The notes below the pieces were generated by a model, which saw nothing but the letters and a program-made list of their open reading frames with translations, ran no database searches and was not told the origin of the DNA. A DNA stretch of 64,000 nt, from positions 88,879 through 152,878 of IMG/VR virus record IMGVR_UViG_3300001199_000005. One strand, written 5' to 3'. Source of the DNA: a virus. How positions within the stretch are numbered: position 1 is the stretch's first letter; the number at the start of each line of letters is the position of its first letter. Shown here piece after piece: positions 58,691 through 64,000 of the stretch. The position numbers and the translations under genes are program-made.

Positions 58691-61600
58691 TTAACGAATT
58701 GGACAAGCACCACCTATACAATCATCCACTAATTCTGCTTCAGAGCCTTCAGAATATTCATTAATAGCTGACAGCTCTTTTATATACTCATTATATGTTT
58801 CTTCAGTAACAACTTCTTGTGGTAAATATTGATAACCTAAGTCTTTAGCTGTTTTGGCGGCGTCATTACGATATATGAAAGACACTCCAATATAACTCTC
58901 CCAATTAAGTAATAACCAGTCAACTATATCATTGATTTCTGATATATCATAGGATATGGTAATAGAGCAATTTTGCTCTACATAGTTCTCCATAAGTGTC
59001 TTATACCTATTTAACTGACTTAAAGCTGACTCAATGTTTATTTCTTTGCCATTGATTTTATCAAACACCACTCCATCATATTTAATAGGGAATGTAACTA
59101 GAGCGCTAAACTCGTCAACTGGATGGTCAAATGTTCTATACCCAGCATCTTTTAATTGACCTAATAACGGGTCGTGTTTAGAGAAGATAACATTATTGAA
59201 TATATATTTACCTAATGGTTTATGAGCCCCTTCGGTACAAGACATTAGCTTAGATACTGACCCACTAGGTTTAATAGTTGTTACATTCTTAGGTCTTGGT
59301 GTACCGAGTTCATCAGCCATAGAATAAGCGCCGACAATTGCTTGATTCTTTAATTGTTTAAAATCATAAGGTTTCAAATCAGGTCGCATAGCTATTCCTG
59401 TTAAGCCTACTCCACATAGCCTTAAATATTCATTATTCTCATGCCAAGTATCTTGTAAAATACCATCTTTTAAATTAACACAAGTTTGTCTATAGTTAGC
59501 TCTTGCCATTATATATATAGCCCGTAGTAATTCACTAAATGAATCAAAAGCATTAATATTACAATCTACAAGATTACAAAAACCATTTGATGGTAATAGT
59601 ATCTCAGAACAAGGATTGACCCCGGCTACCCAAGGTGCTCTCTTCCTAGCTGCTTCCATATTAATGAAGCCAGGTTCAGAACCACCAGAATTAGTAATTA
59701 TGTAAAATAAATCTTCTAAAGCTGCTTTGCTGGGCTTTGATTCAAAGAATACCGAATTATTTGATTGACTCCTTTGCGGATTATCAATCCAGAACTCTTT
59801 TTTAGCTTCTGCAAATTCCTCCCATTCCTCTTTACCATATTCAAATAGAGCTATTTCGGCTGAATTATGCACTAACAACCCAGAACCAGCAATAAATTCA
59901 TGGACATTTTCTACTTCTAAATCATACGTTTGTACGATTTCTGCTTCTTCAATTGTAACTACTTCAATGGGTATCAACTTATCGAAAATGTTTCCTGCTT
60001 TTATAAAACGCCCAACAGTCATTTGTTTAGAGTTTATAGCCCACCCTTTAGTTTTATAATCAACCAACCACTCCGCTGGAAAACCAAAGCTGTTTTGACT
60101 CTCAAATCTGTACTCTGTACTTTGTAATTTAAAAGAATATGGTATTAACAAATTATACCAATTTTCTTTTGTATAATCCCCCACAACATTAAGAGTATAA
60201 ATATCTTGCCAACCAGGTTCTATACGTTGTTTTTTATTTGTACGTACATGAATACCTAAAGATACATAAACCTCAATACAATCTTTATATAGTTGTTCAG
60301 ATACGGTATTAACACTGTTTGTGGGTTTTCCTAAACTCCCATCACTATCTAAAAGCCCCGCCATAAAAGCTGCTCGAATTTCAGCAGTATTATTTTTTAT
60401 AAAGTCAGGGATATAAGCTCCTTCAGAACCAAATGGTTTTATGTGCTTTTTAAACCAATTAGCAATATTTGTATTATTTAAAGATATTTTATAACAATTA
60501 TTATCTTCTCTCGGTGAAGAAATACTTAAGTGGCTGCTAAAGCGGTTCATTTGCTCAACTACACGACTTACTAAACTTTCTATGTTTGGAATAGCAACAT
60601 TAATTGCACGAATTCCTTGTTTTTTAGTTATAGGAACACTCCCATTACCTATAAAATAACCAATAAACCATGCAAAAGAGGTGTCTAAAATAGGCATCTT
60701 ATATTTAATTGCGCGGGCATCCTCTGTTATATTAATAATATCAGGAAGGGGATTATACTTCCAATTCATAACTATGTGAGGAGCAACCAATCTATCACCA
60801 ACATTTAATTCACCTGCATTCTTCCAAATATATTCCCCAAGCTTAACCATTACAGCTACTTTATGGTTTTTAGTGCATTGAAAATCACCTATTTGTGATT
60901 TAATTATAATAGTTTTTTGTTTACCTTGGTCAAAGGTATTAGTAACTTTATTCAAATTGCCTTTTGAATCATAAACAAAATCTCCTATTTTAATATTCTC
61001 AATTGGTTTAATACCCTTATCAGTATAAATTGCTGTGTTTTCTGGTAAACAACGACGACTTGATAGTACAGTACCAACCCAATTGGCAATGTCCATAATA
61101 TCCATTTTGGTAAGAAGCTGACCAACTCTTGAATTTAGAATTTTAACAATTGCTTCATAGGCTTTTGCTAAAGGTTTCCAGCCAGATGAAATCCAACCAT
61201 AACCCTTTAGTCTAATACCATCTGGTCTAATTTCACTAAAATCTAATATTAGAGTATCTATCTTTTTCTTATTGGCAAGCAATTTACCTAAACTTTTCGC
61301 CCAAGCTTTAGCAGAGTCACCTATTTTTAATCTCCAAGTAGTTTTACCATCTTCAGTGATGTAAAATTCTTTATTATTTTCCTCACCACCTTTAGTAATT
61401 CTTTCAGAACCAATAATAATGACTGTTTTAATATAGTTAGTAAAACCATTTAAACTACCCACTACTGGCTTAAATCCTACTCCACAACCATTTAGTAGCA
61501 ACCAAAAAGCGTCGACAAAATCATATACATTGGTAAGTTCTAGAAAGGCACAATTAAACTGGCAGCATTGTACAGTTTTAGCAATATCGGTATTACCCAG

Positions 61601-61837
61601 CCATAATGTTCTTCCAGCGGGAAGACATTTTTTAGATAGGGTTAATTCTCTAAATTCCTCTAATTCAGCAAGTTCTACTGAATTAAGGTTTCTATCAACA
61701 GCTTTTTCCCAAAGCCATTTCTGATGTTCTACTACTCGATTGATTGTCTGGTCCCAAGTTTCAAATATAGTACCTTCATCGTTTAAAGGTCTATTATAAG
61801 TTCTTCTAGTTATTGCATAAGCTCTTGCATCGCGCAT
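58691..61837 (-). CDS. nrdJ: Class II (B12-dependent, monomeric-type) ribonucleotide reductase containing an intein
   Basis: PAGRTLW, QFNC, RR/SA, NPCSEI, TTIKPSGS and C-terminal CIGGACPIR. The likely start is ATG 61837, since the 61879 start lies inside a hairpin. Confidence 0.92.
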   Translation of the reverse strand: MRDARAYAITRRTYNRPLNDEGTIFETWDQTINRVVEHQKWLWEKAVDRNLNSVELAELEEFRELTLSKKCLPAGRTLWLGNTDIAKTVQCCQFNCAFLELTNVYDFVDAFWLLLNGCGVGFKPVVGSLNGFTNYIKTVIIIGSERITKGGEENNKEFYITEDGKTTWRLKIGDSAKAWAKSLGKLLANKKKIDTLILDFSEIRPDGIRLKGYGWISSGWKPLAKAYEAIVKILNSRVGQLLTKMDIMDIANWVGTVLSSRRCLPENTAIYTDKGIKPIENIKIGDFVYDSKGNLNKVTNTFDQGKQKTIIIKSQIGDFQCTKNHKVAVMVKLGEYIWKNAGELNVGDRLVAPHIVMNWKYNPLPDIINITEDARAIKYKMPILDTSFAWFIGYFIGNGSVPITKKQGIRAINVAIPNIESLVSRVVEQMNRFSSHLSISSPREDNNCYKISLNNTNIANWFKKHIKPFGSEGAYIPDFIKNNTAEIRAAFMAGLLDSDGSLGKPTNSVNTVSEQLYKDCIEVYVSLGIHVRTNKKQRIEPGWQDIYTLNVVGDYTKENWYNLLIPYSFKLQSTEYRFESQNSFGFPAEWLVDYKTKGWAINSKQMTVGRFIKAGNIFDKLIPIEVVTIEEAEIVQTYDLEVENVHEFIAGSGLLVHNSAEIALFEYGKEEWEEFAEAKKEFWIDNPQRSQSNNSVFFESKPSKAALEDLFYIITNSGGSEPGFINMEAARKRAPWVAGVNPCSEILLPSNGFCNLVDCNINAFDSFSELLRAIYIMARANYRQTCVNLKDGILQDTWHENNEYLRLCGVGLTGIAMRPDLKPYDFKQLKNQAIVGAYSMADELGTPRPKNVTTIKPSGSVSKLMSCTEGAHKPLGKYIFNNVIFSKHDPLLGQLKDAGYRTFDHPVDEFSALVTFPIKYDGVVFDKINGKEINIESALSQLNRYKTLMENYVEQNCSITISYDISEINDIVDWLLLNWESYIGVSFIYRNDAAKTAKDLGYQYLPQEVVTEETYNEYIKELSAINEYSEGSEAELVDDCIGGACPIR
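59864..61051 (-). mobile_element. Intein (396 aa) with a LAGLIDADG homing endonuclease, in nrdJ
   Basis: Starts CLPENT after SSRR; block B CTKNHK; LAGLIDADG-like IGYFIGNG and MAGLLDSDG; ends TYDLEV...LVHN followed by S. Confidence 0.93.
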
Positions 61838-61864
61838 AATAAATTTGTTTTTTAGATGTAAAAT

Positions 61865-61894
61865 ATAAAAGGGGTTCAAAAATACCCCTTTTAT
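61865..61894. terminator. Terminator-like hairpin upstream of nrdJ
   Basis: ATAAAAGGGGT-(8 nt)-ACCCCTTTTAT, a perfect 11-bp inverted repeat. Confidence 0.6.
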
Positions 61895-61943
61895 GTTTAA
61901 GATTCAATATTGATTTTTATCTATTTTTTCATTATATTAAATC

Positions 61944-62291
61944 TTATTTTTTACAGAAATTCTGTAATTCTTCTTGAATTTCTTTATCAGCTTGCTCAGT
62001 TAAGTATAGATAACCTATTATACCTGAATGATACTCATTAGTTATAAATAAGAACCCATTACTATCTACTAATAACCAGCGTACTTTGTGCTTAGGAGGT
62101 ATATGGTCAACACTATATAAACAAGCATCTAGAGTGCTTTGATTTGGTATTTTCTTATGAAAGTAGTCAAGCAGCCAATGAAATAAGTCTGAATTTAAAC
62201 TAATTGAATTTGCCAGTATATACCTACAAAGTAGTATATCATAATGTACTATAGTTCCTAAGAATTCAAAGCTCTTTGTTTTCATCTCCAC
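61944..62291 (-). CDS. Hypothetical protein
   Basis: 115 aa ORF in a tightly packed - strand block. Confidence 0.6.
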   Translation of the reverse strand: MEMKTKSFEFLGTIVHYDILLCRYILANSISLNSDLFHWLLDYFHKKIPNQSTLDACLYSVDHIPPKHKVRWLLVDSNGFLFITNEYHSGIIGYLYLTEQADKEIQEELQNFCKK

Positions 62292-62941
62292 ATAGTTAAT
62301 CCAATATGCTCTCCAAATTCATTATAAAAAGGTCTAGCATCAAAGCAGCCTTTAATTCTATATTTAGTTGTTATTCTATTCCACTGATTATATTGTATTC
62401 CCCATTCCCTTTTTGCAGGCTCAGCAAAATATAAACCAACATGATTGATTCCAGCAGAGTGTAATAATTCATTGATTTCAGCCTTCTTACTAGAGTCTTG
62501 ACTTGAGTATATTACACAATCAGAATGAGCTAAATCCTTATACAACTTGAATCCTTTACCATAGTTTAAGTCTGAACCTTCTAATAGTAATATACTCTCA
62601 AGATGGAAAGCATAAACTTGTAATGGTGATAACATAACTAAAGGCGCTGCCTGTTGAAACAAACCAAACTCAAACTTTTCTCTTATTTCCAAGTAGGCTT
62701 GTTGTTTCTTATAGTCATTTGTTCTTTTGTTAGCAGCAGGTATTGAAATGATATTATACAAATCAATAAACTCTACATTCTCTTTGTACACAGTATCCCT
62801 AACCTCCATTAACCTCTCTAAACTCCAATCAAACGCTTCTAAAACAGGGTCATTTGATACAATGAGGCTTAGATACTGTGAGTAGAGGTCCCTATCAAAA
62901 GGACCGCCGTGTACTAGGTAGGTTATTTTATTATATGTCAT
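62282..62941 (-). CDS. Hypothetical protein
   Basis: 219 aa ORF coupled to its neighbours. Confidence 0.7.
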   Translation of the reverse strand: MTYNKITYLVHGGPFDRDLYSQYLSLIVSNDPVLEAFDWSLERLMEVRDTVYKENVEFIDLYNIISIPAANKRTNDYKKQQAYLEIREKFEFGLFQQAAPLVMLSPLQVYAFHLESILLLEGSDLNYGKGFKLYKDLAHSDCVIYSSQDSSKKAEINELLHSAGINHVGLYFAEPAKREWGIQYNQWNRITTKYRIKGCFDARPFYNEFGEHIGLTMWR

Positions 62942-62942
62942 A

Positions 62943-63278
62943 CTATTTTGACCAAAAAGTAATGTACTTAGACATTAGGTAGAATAATCTTGTATTATGT
63001 TTCTTGTCTTCATTAATATCGTTAACTCTATCTACCCCTAAAGTTAATGCTAATTCAGAAGCCTCTGAAAGTTGTTGTATCGACTTAGCAACTGTAGGGT
63101 CATTAGTACTTTCAAGATATTCTTTCATGTTGTCTAGTTTAAAGGCTAATACAAAATAAATTGATTTATAATCATCATCCTTATCATTCTTTAATACAAT
63201 TTTCCATTTCTTTATATTTCTATAAAGAATTACCCAAGACATAATTTTGTCTTTAACTAATTTAATTATAATCTTCAT
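62943..63278 (-). CDS. Hypothetical protein
   Basis: 111 aa ORF coupled to its neighbours. Confidence 0.6.
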   Translation of the reverse strand: MKIIIKLVKDKIMSWVILYRNIKKWKIVLKNDKDDDYKSIYFVLAFKLDNMKEYLESTNDPTVAKSIQQLSEASELALTLGVDRVNDINEDKKHNTRLFYLMSKYITFWSK

Positions 63279-63906
63279 CTGTTAATATGTAAGTTTCTAA
63301 TTCTGCTAAACACTTGAATTTAGTGTTTTTTATTGTTAATTCTATTGATTTATGGTGATGCCCGAAAAGCCAAAGTTCAGGTTGATGGATAGTGTGCAAT
63401 ACATTAAATCCGTTAGATGTTATAGACTTATCTTCATGGCCCCACAGCATATTACTAATATACTTAGGACAATCGTGGCCGATTATTACTCTAGGTTTTA
63501 ATTCTGCAGCTTTATCTATAACTTCTTGCATTTCACTATAAGTTAATTCTTCATCTCTGAACCAGTCTAATCCTTCAGTTCTACGATATTGGTCTATTGA
63601 TTTAGCACCCCTAATTGTCATAATACCAAGCTTAGGAAACCATGACCAGTTTCCCAAGCTATGTGGCATTTTTAAATATCCCGTATGGTCATGGTTACCA
63701 AAGCATATTCTATGGCTATTGACATCCATATTTTCTAAAAACCAAGTATGTTCAGGGTGAAATCCAAAATCGCCAAGCTGAATACTAGGTAGTTTATAAC
63801 GTTCTAGTAATTCTTTAAAGTTTGATAATTTACCATGAACATCCCCAATTACTAAATATTTGTCTTGATTAAAGTAATCTAATCCATTTGATAATACATC
63901 TCCCAA
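63262..63906 (-). CDS. Calcineurin-like metallophosphoesterase (start uncertain)
   Basis: Motifs GDVHG, GDFG, GNHD, GHDCP and FGHHH. Confidence 0.9.
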   Translation of the reverse strand: MGDVLSNGLDYFNQDKYLVIGDVHGKLSNFKELLERYKLPSIQLGDFGFHPEHTWFLENMDVNSHRICFGNHDHTGYLKMPHSLGNWSWFPKLGIMTIRGAKSIDQYRRTEGLDWFRDEELTYSEMQEVIDKAAELKPRVIIGHDCPKYISNMLWGHEDKSITSNGFNVLHTIHQPELWLFGHHHKSIELTIKNTKFKCLAELETYILTDEDYN

Positions 63907-63998
63907 AGCTTTCTGTGGTTAGTTAAACTTAATTCCGCCCCTTTTCTGGTTTTAAATAAAAATGGACTATATAAAGTAGCTTCAATAGGAATCAAGTC
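63879..63998 (-). CDS. 3' end of a truncated upstream hypothetical gene
   Basis: Open frame from the window edge: DLIPIEATLYSPFLFKTRKGAELSLTNHRKLWEMYYQMD*. Confidence 0.45.
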   Translation of the reverse strand, partial: DLIPIEATLYSPFLFKTRKGAELSLTNHRKLWEMYYQMD

Positions 63999-64000
63999 TG

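Noticed and set aside
61838-61943. Cobalamin riboswitch upstream of the B12-dependent RNR
   Set aside because: The region is only about 100 nt, very AT-rich and lacks a B12 box.
1-64000. Stop-codon reassignment (TAG to Gln or TGA to Trp), as in some crAss-like phages
   Set aside because: Genes up to 12.7 kb are open in code 11 and tile the window; TAA, TGA and TAG all end genes at sensible junctions; no suppressor tRNA is visible.
1-64000. CRISPR array, tRNA or rRNA genes
   Set aside because: Intergenic gaps are tiny and show no periodic repeats or cloverleaf-like sequence.

Overview
This window is about 64 kb of an AT-rich crAss-like phage (Crassvirales) genome, read in standard genetic code 11. 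The host is probably Bacteroidota, judging from SD-less A/T-rich starts, a TAnnTTTG-like promoter and a Q-rule signal peptide. The + strand block (1-57406) is the late/virion region. It runs TerL, portal, an inserted tail-hub/FN3-LRR fibre module with a spanin-like pair, scaffold-like protein, major capsid protein, ring/auxiliary capsid/IHF-like/muzzle proteins, a cluster of small cargo-like proteins sharing a [K/Q]xGG motif, and three giant ejection proteins. These are a 2090 aa protein with an SF1 helicase domain, a 4230 aa virion RNA polymerase (DSDGD motif plus zincin) and a 1502 aa zincin/membrane protein. A convergent - strand block (57448-64000) carries dUTPase, a DUF932-like gene, a class II RNR with a LAGLIDADG intein and a metallophosphoesterase. 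The most striking observation is that the three giant proteins (7822 aa in total) contain only four cysteines, all at the ends that face each other across gene junctions. This suggests a head-to-tail, redox-releasable covalent 'ejection train'. A second candidate system is the xxGG motif plus a duplicated H/E domain, which may be a cargo sorting and processing code. All family assignments come from motif recognition by eye; no searches were run.
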